DNA from: Chiloscyllium plagiosum
Lineage: Eukaryota
Assembly: GCF_004010195.1 (NCBI RefSeq)
Contig: NC_057711.1
Coordinates: 78,572,099 to 78,636,098, forward strand
DNA: 64,000 nt
Direction: 5' to 3'
Position numbers and translations under genes: made by a program. Positions 10,621 to 24,659 of this stretch are shown piece after piece. Each line of letters opens with the position of its first letter. Positions within the stretch are counted from its first letter, which is position 1. The notes under the pieces were generated by a model. That model was not told where the DNA came from, made no database searches, and saw only the letters and a list, made by a program, of their open reading frames with translations.

Positions 10621-13600
10621 CTCCCTTTGGATGATGTGCAGCAATTAATGTTCTTCCTGGGTTTGTGCAAGATGTTCTCATCACTGTGTCTTTCTTTGTT
10701 GTCATAAGAGAATTATCAGGCTCACAATGGTTCCAGCGATGGAAATTTCCATGTGAGCTCTTTAGCAGATAATCTGTGGGATATATTACAAAGACGGCAT
10801 AAAATATTTGAAGGGATTCCTGACCCATACGTTATTCTCTCTCAAAGTGTGGCTTAGAGACTTCCCAAGGAAGTAATAGCATTAATTTGGAAGGGAACTT
10901 TGAAGTATGTTCCCTGAACCAATTGCCTAGTGGACAACAAAATCATTTATGCCACTCTGGGATTGAATTTTGCTAGTAACACTCGATGACAATAGCTATT
11001 CCCATCCCTCCCAAGATAAGGCTCCTTCCCAGATTGCACTCCATGCCCTTGTATTCTTACATTTGAGTGAGAGAATCTGGCAACTGTGATGTACTGTCCT
11101 CCAGAACGTACTATGGAATGTGGCTCGCAAATAGGAACTTTAGATTCCACTTCTGATTTCCTTGTTATCATGACATTTTGTTTAATTCACATGATGAGAC
11201 AATAATGCACTCAATGTAATACTCACTGATTGAAGTAATAATTCGAAATCTGTGCTCTTGAACAAATTGAAACCAATTGGAAGACATTACTTAATTAGTG
11301 GTTGTATGATTAATACAGTTGAACGAGACGGGTCTCAAAAGCAAACTTGTTTAGTCCCCTTCTGTATGAAAGAATTATGAACTTACTCTGTCAACTTTGC
11401 AGTAGTTGCCATTTTAAAAATTTTTATGCAACTGACTTTTAATTTGATGTGGCAACATGGTTCCAACTTGAAGTTCATATGTGTGATGTGCAGTTTCTGC
11501 TGTGATGAAAATGGCCCCATCCTTTGAGTTCCTATTCTGTTGCTGCCCTGATGGCCCCGATAACGTTTTAATATTTCCCTGTTTCTGTTAAGTCCCTTTA
11601 CATCACAAATAACATGCCCACTGTACCCACCTGACTTTTGTAATTCTCATACCCTTGTTGGTCCTACACACTCCCCATCGAGAGGCTAGAGTTACTATGA
11701 CCTGTTTGAAACCCACCATCCCCCATCAAGAGTTTTCAGTCTCCCTAACGCCCTCCAAATAAAAGTAGGATGCTAGCCTACTACCTGCAATTGCCCCTGA
11801 TCACAGATGCCATTTTCTCAGTAACCTAATACAGTAAAACCATATCTAGAACTCTATAGACTTCCTCCTGATAAGCTCCCTGACCATTATTGACCAAACA
11901 TCCATGACTGACTGTGGCTAGCCTGTGAACAGACTTGGCAGGATGTCTGGACTCAGCCATCCTGGGACTAATGTCTCCTCAGTACCCTAACTGACCTATC
12001 AGTAATCTCTGGACTGTTTACACTTGGCTTCTAGGAATGTGTGTAACCCAATTCCTGGATTGCCAGTACACTGATCCCTGGTTTCTTGGAGGGCCTAGTG
12101 CCTGATTGACCACAGCCAACTACCTAGTCTGGTAGCATACACACCCCTTTACTGACCTTCTGTAGCAATACGTCCTAAATGTTGTATTCCTTCACCCAGC
12201 AAAGGACATTCCTTCTTTGATTTTCACACTGTGACAATGTAATGGGGAAAGTGTGCTGATAAAGCACAAGCCATCACAAAACGTTTAACTGGATAAAATC
12301 CTTATGAGACCACCAAAGTGACCAGTCTACCTGACTGCTACTCATGACAATTCATACCAGATTTCTTCAGCAACAATTTTTAAAAATAATAATTTTTATT
12401 TTAACACTGAACATAAGCAATGAAAATCAAAATCTCAAAAATATATGTGCTTAATATAATTAGGACAGATAAAAAACAAATGGTTTAACATATATTATGA
12501 TTGGAAAAATAATATAGACACAGTAAACAATGTTCCAAAGATCAAAGTCCAGACTACAAGGTGGAAAGTTGTTTTCTTGTTTTTTTTTGTTGCAGTAATA
12601 ATATATTATTATCGGAGCGAGACAGTCCATTCTTTAAAACAGCAGGTGAACAGGTGAACATAGGTCTTTTCTTGTATGAATTCTTTCTTTTAAGCTGTCT
12701 TGTTTTTTTCTTCATCTTTTTCCTCAAAAGGAGAGTGAGTAGGGGAGAGATGATATCTTCTGTCTGCAGGCTGTGGATATCTCTTCCATTCTGCTACTTG
12801 GCACTTGCAGCCTTTCAGCACTGCAGGTCAGCCAGTCAGAGGGCTGATGTGAGGCACAGCTTCACTAGCTTGAAAGATTCTTGGTGCAGTTCAATCTCAT
12901 TCTCCTCCCTTTTTTTAAAAAAAGTCACATTGTATTGCATAGTTCAACAATATACAAAACTTGCTGTTCAAGTTGCAAAATTTTCCTAGTATTCCATTCA
13001 TAACATTCCAGCTTCCATTTCAGTTGCTGTTCCTTAAAAAAAGTTAAAATATATGGTCTCTTTCAACACATTACCATTAACTTGAAGCATTGCAGTTTGC
13101 TTGCTGCGTCAGCTACTAGCATATGCTGCATCTATGATGTTGATGCCTGGTTATATACAATGATATGACCATCCCTTGTCTGAATGGTACATTCACTATT
13201 CAGTGTTGCAACCATCACAGGCTGTCTGCTTCTCTCTCCCTTCCTCCCTCCCAAAAAGTGTAAATCATTGAGGCTGAATCCTGTAACTTGGTACTCAAGA
13301 TCTTGTGTGCTGAAAAGCAATAATATCACCCATCCAGAGATTGGTAGCTTGCAACCTAGTGATAAAGTCTGTGTGCCCTAAGAAAACAGGGTCATGTACT
13401 CACAGTTGGAGTTTTCAAGTAAATTTGAAAGTCAGTAGTTGCTAACAATGCAAGCTAAGAGCCATAAAATGCCTGTATCTGTGTCAGTGAAAAAGCATCC
13501 TATATAGATGCATGAGATGTTTGGCTGACCTTGCATATAGAGCAACTTGGTAGGCTCCTGTAAGTCATGGGTGTCCCTCATCTCCAGAATGGAGTGTTAA

Positions 13601-14292
13601 AGGCCCAGTGCCTGAGTTGGTTCAAGGATAAGCACGCTGATGTCACGAGGATGGTGGTTTGCTGAAATTGAATTGTGTGGATGAAGGGTCAGGGGGAATG
13701 GTGGCCATGGGCCATGCAGGAACATTGTGCAGAAAAGGTAGTTGGATGCTGGCTGTCATTGGGCATTTGGTGAACTGTGGTGGCCAGTTAACTGCTCTTT
13801 TTTTAATCAGTCAGGTATTTGTGCCATCTAGTTTCTCAATGGAGGAGAGGAGAATTGGAAGTACATTGTAAATAGGGCGAATTGGGCTAATAACGATATG
13901 GAAGTAAACAATTTGCCACTCAAGGGGAAGATTCTGAAGTTGCCATTTAAGAGTTGAGGGGAAAGTTGCTGAAAATTTCTCTTGAAGTCAAGAATCTGAT
14001 TATTTTCATTCTCATTTTCAGCTCAGTCACCTCCATTATCATTACTCTTGCTATACCAGGGAGGGTGAAAGTTCCAACCCAGGAAATTGAGTAGGAGATA
14101 CAGAAAAAAACCTCTTGCCCCAAAGAATGCAAGTAACAACTGAAGTGTGTGGTTTGATGCACTAACGGGCAAATTAGACAAACATTTGAAGGAGAAGGCA
14201 ATTGATATTTGCACTGGTAGATGTGAAAAAACGGGAGAAACCCTAAGACGAGTTTAAATGGTCATGTTTGAGCTGACTAGCCTGTTTCTGTG

Positions 14293-14499
14293 GAAAAAGT
14301 GCGGACTGCAGATGCTGGAGATCAGGGTAGAGAGTATAGTGCTGGAAAAGCACAGTAGGTAAGGCAGCATCTGAGGAGCAGGAGAATCAACATTTCAGGC
14401 ATAATTCCTTCGTGATGAAGGGCTCTTGCCCAAAACGTCAATTCTCCTGCTCCTCAGATGCTGCCTGACCTGCTGTGCTTTTCCAGCACCACATTCTTG
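14293..14499. mobile_element. Penelope-derived palindromic insertion
   Basis: Inverted arms; TSD GCCTGTTTCTGTG at 14280-14292 and 14500-14512. Confidence 0.85.
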
Positions 14500-14889
14500 G
14501 CCTGTTTCTGTGCTATGCATCCAATGTGTAGATGATGTTAAACTATTCCAGAAAATGATTGCTGAGGATAGTATCTCAAATGACAAATATTGAAGTTTTT
14601 TCAATGTGAATCTTATTAAGGAATGTATTGTGTACTAGGAAGTGAAAGGCAAGTGTATGTACTAAGATTAGGCTGATGTAAATTATTCAGGATCATTGAA
14701 ACAGTCACTGAACACTAGGAAAGTATCATGAGTTATTAAATTCATACTCACTTTAAAAGAAAATAATCAAAATGGACCAATGCTACCACATTAATAAATT
14801 AATGAGAATACCATAAAGTGAATTTGAGGGAAGTTGGATTAATGCATGAAAGGAGAAAGCAAAGAAGAACAATTTTAATGCTAGTGAGA

Positions 14890-15100
14890 AAAACAGAACT
14901 TGCTGGAAAAGCTCAACATGTCTGGCAGCATCTGTGAAGAGAAGTCAGAGGTAACATTTCAGGTCAATGACCCTTTTCGGAACTGTTCTGACCTGAAATG
15001 TTAACTGTGATTTCTCTTCCCTGATGCTGCCAGACTTGCTGAGCTTTTCTAGCAACTTCTGTTTTTTGTTTCTGATTTACAGCATTCTTTTGGTTTTTTT
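14890..15100. mobile_element. Penelope-derived palindromic insertion
   Basis: AAAAACAGAACTTGCTGGAAAAGCTC ... GAGCTTTTCTAGCAACTTCTGTTTTT. Confidence 0.75.
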
Positions 15101-15543
15101 GACGATAGTGAGATTTCGTAGTTATACCATTGTAAAGCAGTTAGGCTAATTGGTCCGTTTTTGTAGTGTTTAAAAAAAAACTTGCATCTTTGTAAAATAA
15201 TAAGACAAAATATATAAAGTAAACTGGAAAATTTCTGTGCAAGAATAATGTAGTAAACAGAATTTTAAAAGATTCTCCTGGCCAAGACTTTGACATTAAC
15301 CAAACGGCAAGTTTATGCATATTGTTTGACACACATTTCATGTGAAAGTGAGATGAAAGCAAAGTTCCATTGTACGACTTTGGCTGTGGAGGGCAGGCTT
15401 CTTAGGGCTCAGGAAACCTGATGACTAAAAGGGGATGAATGGATCCTTGAGTTGATTGTGTTTGCAGCACTGGTGTGGGCAAATTTCATGTAATTGTTCA
15501 TTTGTAGTTTTGGATTTTTTTTTCTTGTTTTTGTTTTCTAAAG

Positions 15544-15719
15544 GGAGTGAAAGATGTAAACAGAACATCAGAAAGCGCATACCAGCCATCAGGTCAAAAG
15601 ACTTTACAATTCAATTGTGCAAATCAGTTAGAGATTCTCTGAGTGTTTCGAGTGCTCTAAAAACTTTGGAGTTAGAAGGATTACCTTTGAGACACGGAGA
15701 TCTTCTGACATTAACAAAG
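15544..15719 (+). CDS. CEP78: CEP78 coding exon 2
   Basis: (G)SERCKQNIRKRIPAIRSKDFTIQLCKSVRDSLSVSSALKTLELEGLPLRHGDLLTLTK; TTCTAAAG acceptor, GTGAGG donor. Confidence 0.95.
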
Positions 15720-17098
15720 GTGAGGAAACATCAAGATAGTTTTACCATGAAAACATAATACTGGTAATTTTTGTTCATTACCTACAGCAGTATGTTCAAG
15801 TACATTCTTAAGATGAATGACATTTGAGCTTCCTCAATCATACAGAGAATCATAGATACCTAAAGCACAGAAGGAAACAATTTTACCCATTGTACCTTTT
15901 GACTCTTCAAAAGAACAGCTCCAGATTCCTTATTTTTGTCTGTAACCCTATAATTTCCCGATCTATATGTATTGTCCACACTCATTCTAAATTATTTCCA
16001 GAATCTTGCCAGCACTTTTTCGGGTGGTGTATTCCAGATCCCAGCAGCGGTCTAACTGGGGAAACAGTTCTTAACCGCCTTTTCAATGTTTTTGCTAGTG
16101 ATTTTAAATCTAACCTGTGGTATTGGTCCACTCATCAGAGGGATTTTTTTCTGTATTAACAGGAATCTGGGAATATTTCTGAAGAAAGTAAATGATTAAA
16201 CTTTGTGCAGTTGAAAAAAGTGTTTCTATTGTAGATTGATGACACATTTTAGATTGCAGCAAGTAAACTTACTCAAAATTAAATTTTTGTATAAGAATGT
16301 AGGAATAAGAACAGGCCATTCAACCCTTTGAATCTGTTCTGTCATTAATTGGCATGATGGTTCTCAATTGCAGTCACATGCCTCAAGGTCCACAACTCTT
16401 CAAACCCTTATCCAAGAAAACATCTATCCATCTTAGATTTTAAATTATTAATTGAGGGAGAGTGTTCCATGCTACTTTAATCTTTTGTGAGAGAAGATGA
16501 ATTTTTGAACATTTTTCCTGCGTGTTCCTGTTCTGATTTTAAAGTTAAAGTTATATCTCTTATATGCCTGCTTGTCCCAGACTTCACCAAGGAAAGGTTT
16601 CTCTCCACCCAGTGTACCAATTCCCTTAAATATCTGACAGCACCATGTTATAGTCCAACAGATTTATTTGGAAGCACTAGTTTTTGAAGCACTGCTCCTT
16701 CATCAAGTCACAACCATGTTAATCACCTTAAAACTGCAGATTTCCTACCAAGCCAGTGGTTGCTAGATGGGAAACATAATGAAAAAAAAATCAACATGAT
16801 GTTGCTGCTAAATCCTTAGCACTTCCAGGTTTCCCAGTTGCTGATACACAGAATTGTTTCCTCCCTGCCTTCCTGTTCATGTGGGAACCGAAGCTTTCAA
16901 AATTGTCTAAAACATTGAAACTTAATAACTCGATTTATCAAATGGCAATTATTAGTTAATCATAAAGGAGGAAATTGGTCAATACGAATCTTTCAAATAT
17001 AATTGTGGTAACCAGAAAATGCTAATGCACTTTGTATATAATGTTCATAATTCCTTTTTGAAATGTTAATTGTAAGTGTCATGTGCAAACTTTTTTAG

Positions 17099-17171
17099 GG
17101 TCTATCCAGGACAAAAACACTACAGAACCTTTCATTAGCTCATTGTCCAATTGGAGATGAAGGACTGGAAA
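17099..17171 (+). CDS. CEP78: CEP78 coding exon 3 (LRR)
   Basis: GLSRTKTLQNLSLAHCPIGDEGLE; TTTTTTAG acceptor, GTAAGT donor. Confidence 0.95.
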
Positions 17172-17261
17172 GTAAGTTACTGTTTCCACCACGTTTGTAT
17201 TACTAAGGGATTTGTAATGTATAATAATCACAGCTCATAAAATCTAATGGTTTTTATTTAG

Positions 17262-17365
17262 TCATTTGCCAGAATGTGAAGAATTCAGCAACCATCAAAA
17301 TAGTCAACTTCACAGGCTGTAACTTAACATGGCGTGGAGCACAGCATATGACAGGCATTATTAAG
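17262..17365 (+). CDS. CEP78: CEP78 coding exon 4 (LRR)
   Basis: (I)[43 protein letters not shown] acceptor, GTAGGT donor. Confidence 0.95.
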
Positions 17366-17496
17366 GTAGGTTTTTATAGTTTCTTACTTCTGAAGTATTA
17401 TACTTCGCAGTTTTAAATCACAAATATAGTAGCAATTCAACATAAATGTTTGCCTTGCACAATAACTGTAAGGTTATGTGCTTATGTTTTATACAG

Positions 17497-17671
17497 TATC
17501 AAGCAACAAAAAGGCACAGTCAAGTCTGGGCAGAGAGTCTTCGTTATAGGCATCCTGACCTAGATTGTATGACTGGTTTGCGGCGCATTACAATGAATTG
17601 TAACACACTAATTGGTGATGCTGGAGCTATTGCCTTTGCAGATGCCCTCAAAGATGACCTTTGGCTTAAAG
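17497..17671 (+). CDS. CEP78: CEP78 coding exon 5
   Basis: [64 protein letters not shown] acceptor, GTAGTT donor. Confidence 0.97.
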
Positions 17672-20351
17672 GTAGTTGGAACCAAAAGCATAATTGTGGT
17701 TTTCAATATATAGTGAATTTTAAATGTAAACCGTGAATTTCTTCCTGTTTGAAATAAAATATATTACATAAATAAATTGCAGGTAATGGGTAATAATTGC
17801 TCAGTTGGTTTACAAATTAACCATGATAGTTCACTAGCTCAGTGATATAGAATCATCCCAGGAATGATCTTTAGTTTCCAATATTTGCTAATCTTAAGGT
17901 TGCACTTGAGTCCCTGTACAAGAGAGATGGAAAATCATCTATTTTCCATCTTCTGATCCCTAATTTGGCTGTGGTGATACCGAAAGGACATGGGATTTCA
18001 CTGTCTTTCACACAACAGATTATCCATCATTTTGGTTTTGTTGGCATTTGAACTGGTCTTTGGTTGACAGTTTAGTGAGAAGCAAAAATTGTGTCCTGTT
18101 TTCATTAAATGGAAATTCTTTGTTGACAGTGCTAAGAAGGATATGCTTACCTTGATTAAGCCTGGCTGATTGCATACTGTACAAGGGATACAGCAACGTA
18201 TAGAGGATTATTAACACATCGAATAACTATATGTATATCAAAGGGGATTCTCTTCCAGATTATTCTCTTGCCAGAAAACAGTTATGCATGCAGATTCCTT
18301 TGTGAAGTCTGTAAACTATAGTTTTGAATTTCTAATTCAAAATAGTTTTTGGATTTCAAGGGCCACACTACCTCCATGCCTTTACAGAAATATTGGCCAT
18401 CGGGAAAATTGGACATCACATTTTGAAGTTGCTATTGTGCACTTAATAATTGTAAAGAGGCATTTGGTAGCGGCCTTCTAACTGTGGTATGTGGCCAAAG
18501 GGAATTCAAGAAGAAAATACTTGGGATTCAGGGAATTGAAAGAAAACTCCATTGAATACATTTGAAAAAAAAAGTATAGATTCTGTAAAAGCAATACAGA
18601 GTGAGCATTTCTGTAAAGAAAATAGGCAAATTGCTATTTACCGTGAACTAATCAACACAAATAGAATGGATATCACATAAGCAAGATATATACATGAATG
18701 GAACCCAGAGAAGCAATAGGGAAACACTATTAAACACATTCTTACTTGCATGCACACACAAAACAACAGGAAAGATCCAACAGTATAGGACCTGAAGATT
18801 ATTGATGATCTGATAGTAAATCTTCAAGTCAGTTATCAGAGTTTGATCAGGTAGATGAAGAGAAAATTAATTGCATATGATTCCAGACCAAGGGCCATTA
18901 ATATGAGAGTTGCTGCCATACATACTCGTGTAAAAGTCACTTTTTTTTAGATTATTTTTAAAGGTTCAGCTCATTTGGTCAACTAATTCACGGGCACTAG
19001 TTTTGAGGGACTGAAATTCATGCTGCAGTTCAATATATAGAGGAACCTCGATTATCTGACCGAGATGGGTGGGCACTATTTCATTCATTATTGATTTCGT
19101 GATTATTTGGTTAATTGATTACCTCTGGGGCTCGGAATTTTCTGTGAAATCTACTCCCCATTCATGAGATGAGGCAGTAGCACACTTCGTGTGAGCCCCC
19201 CGGCCTGTCTCCAAAACATCCGCTCCCACCCACCCCGTATAGTGAACAAAGTGCAATACGTGCCAATACACTTCGTACTAGTCTGAATGAATTAAAATGT
19301 GCTGTAGTAAATCATGTGGGCTACCAGTAAGTAGAGTTATGAATGAATGAATAGAGACTCGATATATGTAAACAAAGAGCGATGAGGAGAGTTACTGGTG
19401 GTGTTGGGGAAATAAATCGTTTGCCAAATCTTTTAGAACAAGATAGTCAGGAGAGCAGACCTTGAGCAATCAACTAGCTTTATTCCATGGCCATGGGGAA
19501 TGACATCTTCATTCAGAATAAAGTCCGATGCAATTCCAATGAAATACCAAATATTACAAGTTTTATAGTTAAATACAAGCCTACTGCCCATTAATTACAC
19601 AACTTAGGGGCAGTCGTAAGGTTCCTATACATTGTCCAGACCTACATTTCTTAATGTCTACAAAAACTGAATGTTATTTTGTACTGCTGGTTCAGCTAGG
19701 CTAGAATTACCGATATGGGACAGAGAATCAATACATCATTCTTTGGGACAGAACTAATGGCAGCTGCAAGGTCAGGCTTATCAAAACAGAATTCCTCAGT
19801 TAGGCCTCGAACTGCATGAGCAAGCTAGAAATCTTACTGCAAAAGTTGTTTTATGACAAAAATGGCTTGTGTGTCAATTTTGGTCAATTCTTCCATAGTA
19901 TGAATGAATGAGTAAATGCGATTTTGTTTAAGTGGGTGAATGAAACATGCAGTTTCCTTTGTAAGAGGTTTATAATGTGACGTGGTAGGGTTGACTTTTA
20001 CACAAGATATATGGAAAATACAAGATTTTTTGGCTAAAAATAAGCGGTCAATGTTTGCATGAGATCAACTTTTACGCGAGTATGTAAAGTAATAAATCCA
20101 ATAGTGAATGTAGGGGATCAGTTAAATTGTGTAACTTATTCCTTGAGCTGAATGGGATAGATACCTTTAACGAAAAAGTAGATAAGAGAAAAAGGAACAA
20201 AAGGATAATAAGGATAATGAATTTGAGTGGAAGGAACGTAAACATAAAGGTTAGATCCATTGCAAATGGCTCATTTCTGTGTATTATAAATATTATGGAA
20301 ATGTCTGTAGTATTTTACATTAATTTCTAGGAATTCTGTTTTTTATTACAG

Positions 20352-20465
20352 CCCTGGATTTGCAGCAATGTGGAATTTCTAATAAAGGAGCCAAAACATT
20401 GCTTGATATCTTGCAGACCAGTAGTTCTCTAATTGTGTTGGATGTTAGAAAAAACCCATTAATCG
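20352..20465 (+). CDS. CEP78: CEP78 coding exon 6
   Basis: (A)[43 protein letters not shown] acceptor, GTGAGT donor. Confidence 0.96.
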
Positions 20466-21669
20466 GTGAGTTTCATAATAGTAATGACATTGCTACAGCA
20501 TGTTTTCGTTTTAGTATTACATTTTTCATATGCTTAAATGTCTTCCCACATTTGAGCAAAGTGAAATAAGGCAACACGGTTGAGGATAGTTGCTGGTTAG
20601 GAAGTTGATGCTGTATTATTTTATGAACATTGTGATACCTTTGGCATAGTTTGTAAATGCAGTGAAGTGGAGAATCTGCAGTATCTTTTGCTTTTATATT
20701 CAATCTCCCTTAATGTAATAAACTGCAGCATTTGTTACATTTTAGTTTCCTCCCATGGTCCTTTATTTATTCTATATGTTTATAGTTCCTGTGAATTGCA
20801 ACTTAGACCTTGTGTTTGAATGGAACATGTTTAATGTACTGCAGAACTAATAATTATCACCTTATAGATATGCTACAGTCAGTTGTACTAGATGTCCATT
20901 GACATCAATTGAATGTAGATGAACCAGGGTTGTTCAGCCTTTTTGTGTGTGAGACCACAATTTTTGTACTCGAGGGTCCAGTGAGCAAATTTTCAAAAGC
21001 TAAGGTTTAGCACAGTAGTATGCATGAATTTCAAAATAAAAGTTGTTATGAAGAAATAGCCTGCTTCAGCAAAACTAAAATCAAAGCAATAAAGTGATAA
21101 TTTTAGGAATGAGTAATTAATAAAGATAATGATTGAAAAGTCTCAAGTTAACAGAGCTAGAGAGAAGCTATCTTGACTTCAAGTCCTCATTGCTAAAGAA
21201 AATGGAGGGGACTGAGGCTGAACTAAGGAATTTGGTTTAATTGGTAATAACCGTCTGTTTGCCAACATTGGTGAACACTATGAGCTGGTCTCGATGCAAT
21301 TCAGGTAAGAATAGAGGGTTGAAAGAAGATATTCTTCAATTTGTGTATTCTCTTCTCAGCCCACCAAGAGGGGATAGGTTTTTGGTGAGGGAGCTGGAGA
21401 AGATTCATGGAACACATAGGAATGATGGATGGTATGTGTCCAAGTTGCAATAGTGTATTACTTGGAGTATTATTTTACTTGTCAATACCTTTTTAGTTAT
21501 TGTCAATGGTAGAAATTGCAAAGTCGGAAGATGCAGTTGAAGTGATTTTGGTGAGTTCTTGCTGTACATCCTGTAGACAACATGGACTGATATCACACTG
21601 TTGGGAGTGTTTTCTTTTCCTGCTTTGCCTTACTTGATTGCTTCCACTCTGACCTAACCCCTGGTTGAT

Positions 21670-22000
21670 ACAGTGGACATTGAACAGATGTTTCCCCTTC
21701 TGAGACTATCTAGAATAAGAGGTTGTAGATATAGAGTGAGAGGAGGTAGGTTCGAAACTGAATGATGGGAAACTACTTCTTTCAGAGGATTGTGAATCTG
21801 TGGAAGTCACTGCTCTAGACTGCAGTGGAGGCAGAAACAATAAACACATTTAAGAAAGAAATAGATAAGTTTCTGATTAAAAGCAGGGTAACAGGCAGGA
21901 AAGTGGAGTCAAGACTTGGATAAGATCAGCCATGATGATGTTAAGTGGTGGTGTGGGCTCGAAGGGCTGAATTGCCTACTCCTAATTCCTATGTTCCTAT
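21670..22000 (+). mobile_element. CR1 LINE 3' end
   Basis: FFQRIVNLWKSL motif and CR1-type tail. Confidence 0.75.
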
Positions 22001-22231
22001 GATATTCTTGTCAACTGCTCTGATCCTCCTTAATGAGGACAGCCTTTATTAAAAGGCGAGAGGCTGACTGATATTCTACCTCAAGGCTATTAATTGTTTT
22101 TCTTGAACTTACCTCATTCATTGTTCTGATGTCTTGCACCAGATTATACCAGGCTCACAACCGCTGACTAAGTGTCCTGCCATTGATCTCCTCCCATTTC
22201 ATCTCTGTATTCCACTATTCTTGTTGGTAAC

Positions 22232-23021
22232 TGTTATGACATGGAGTAAACTTTTCTGCTAATTTAAACCATGCATACAGAAAAGCTCACCTCGCCTCGT
22301 AATCTGTTAAAGTATGAATGACAAAGAACTTTCGAACTATTTAAAGAAAACAATTAAGAATCCAAGAAACACAACAACATTAAACAACAACTATCCACAT
22401 GGTAATCCTCCTTTGTCTGATCAATTTATCTATCTCCCACTCTACAACAATATCCGAGAAAACCCCCTGCTTAAGTTTAACAAAAAAACTAAAATTTCAA
22501 AACCAGCCAGTTGTCGATTTTTCCCTTTGTATTGTCGTCTGTACTTTCTTGGGTCTTTTCTTTGGTCTTCTGCTTCCCGAATGTCATATGAAAAGATACC
22601 TTTCAGAGAGAGGCTCTGCAGGCTGTATTTTCGTTGGTTCTCTTTGTCACCGTGGCAAACTGTTTAAAATACACGATTTTATATACCCGAAAACATTGGA
22701 CGGTCTCATTGGTTTGATGTCATCAAAACATTAAAATTCAGATTTGATGGGATTTTTGTATCGAAACTGGCTGAATTCAAAATTGTTGAGTACCATGGAA
22801 TGCATGCTCCAGCTATTTGTTTCACAACCTTTCTAGGTCCATGCCTGCTTCCTGTCTCTCTTAAAGGTACAGTACATACTGTGCCAGTTTCCTCTCTTAA
22901 AGGTACAGTACACACCTACACTTTGATAACAGTAACTACATATCCTTTCTTCTATACTGTGTATAGCTTTATTTCTCACATCAATCCTATAGTAGACTGA
23001 AAATCTGTGGAGCACACAACA
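22232..23021. mobile_element. Putative solo LTR
   Basis: TGTTATG ... CACAACA termini; internal duplication TCTCTTAAAGGTACAGTACA; no clear TSD. Confidence 0.45.
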
Positions 23022-23547
23022 AGCTACTATGTTGGTTGTGCAAGAACCTAAGAAATAGAGAAGGAATAGGCCATTTTGCCCTTAGAGCTATTAAAATAGC
23101 TTAGTGCTATTAAAATAAGTGCTGATCTGATCATGGCCTCAATTCCGTTTTTCTGCCATCCCAATACCTCTAACCCTTGTTTCATTTTTAGATCAATGAT
23201 TTGTTGAACTTTTTTTCAATACTGAGCTTTCACTGCTGTCTGGAGCAGGGAAGTCCAAAAAATTAACCATCTTTTCAGAAAAAATTAGTCTTCATCTCTG
23301 TGTTAAATAGAAGACCACTTTTTCTGAAACTGCCCATTTACTCTGTATATCTCCACAAAGGGAGCTATTCTCTCCGTCTCCTTTGAGCCCCTTCGTGTTT
23401 ATTTAAGATCACCTCTCATTTTTCTACACTCCACTGAGTATATGCCCAGCCTCCTCAACCTTTTGTTTGTCACAGGGCAATCCATTGATCCCAGGCAGCA
23501 ACCTTCAAGTGAACCAGAATCAACCTGAACTGCCTTTAATGCAGGTA

Positions 23548-24460
23548 CAGAGGAACCTCGATTATCCGAACGAGTTGGGCGAGCACTACATCGTTTGGAT
23601 AATTGATTAATCGGTTAATTGATTCAATGCCTTTCCTCTGGGGCTCAGAGTTTTCTGAAGTTTCCTTTTTCCTCGCTCTGCCTGCCTTGCTTCCTCTCTC
23701 TCTCTCTCTCTCAGGGTTTGTTTCTGAGCAGATACACCTGTGCGTAAGGGACCTACAGCATTGGTGAAGCCTCCTGTTCCCCCCTACCCCCAACAGTTCA
23801 ATAGTATTGATAAAGCGAGCACTTCCTAAGTCTGCTCCCCATTCAGGAGACTAGGCAGTAGCACACCACTCGAGCCCCTGCCCCCCCCCGTCCGTTGCTC
23901 CCCTAAACCCGTCCAACACCGCTCCTGTCTGCGCCCCCGTCTGACCCCAACTCCATCTGACCTTGCCTCCACCAATGCCCCCCCCCCCCCCCCCCTCCAT
24001 CCATGTCGCCTCACCCCATCTCCGGGACAGCAGGACTGGACACCAGCATTAAGACTGCTGCTGCCTTTGGAGGGTGGGTGAGTCTCAAAATTCCACAAAC
24101 ACACACACAACTTTTTTCTGAACTTTTTGACAGGTTCCACCTTTACCCTGTACAGGACAATGTTGGAGAGATTATCTGGGGGAGGGGGGGGGGAGGTTAG
24201 GGTACACCCCTGTGTAGAAATCCAGGTAAAGTGTGGAGAGAGAGAGAGAGAGAACGGGCAGGCAGTCATTCATTTGCAGACAGTGCCTGAGCTCCCATCG
24301 ATGCCCAGGACTGTTCTAGGCAGCATTTCAGTAAGCCGAGTTCATTCACCACAAAAGCACAATCAGTGTTGAAACGCCTCTTTCTATCAGGACCTTGAGA
24401 TATTCTTTGGATAATCTGAAATTCGAATAATTGATATTTGGATAATTGAGGTTTTTCTGT
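23548..24460. mobile_element. Non-autonomous Tigger/pogo-like DNA transposon inside a CR1 fragment
   Basis: TIRs CAGAGGAACCTCGATTATCC / GGATAATTGAGGTTTTTCTG flanked by TA; partial copy at ~19037-19240. Confidence 0.75.
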
Positions 24461-24659
24461 ATATCCTTCCTTGAATAATAAGATAAAAAATACACAGAGC
24501 ACACTGTGGTCTCACCAATATGTTGTAGAGCTATAACAAGCCTTCCATACTTTTGTGTTCCATCCCTCTTGCAATAATAGCTGTCTTTCCATTTGTCTTT
24601 GTAATTTATATATTTGTGTTATATGCTGAGCAAGCTGTGATTGATAACATTTATGGAAC

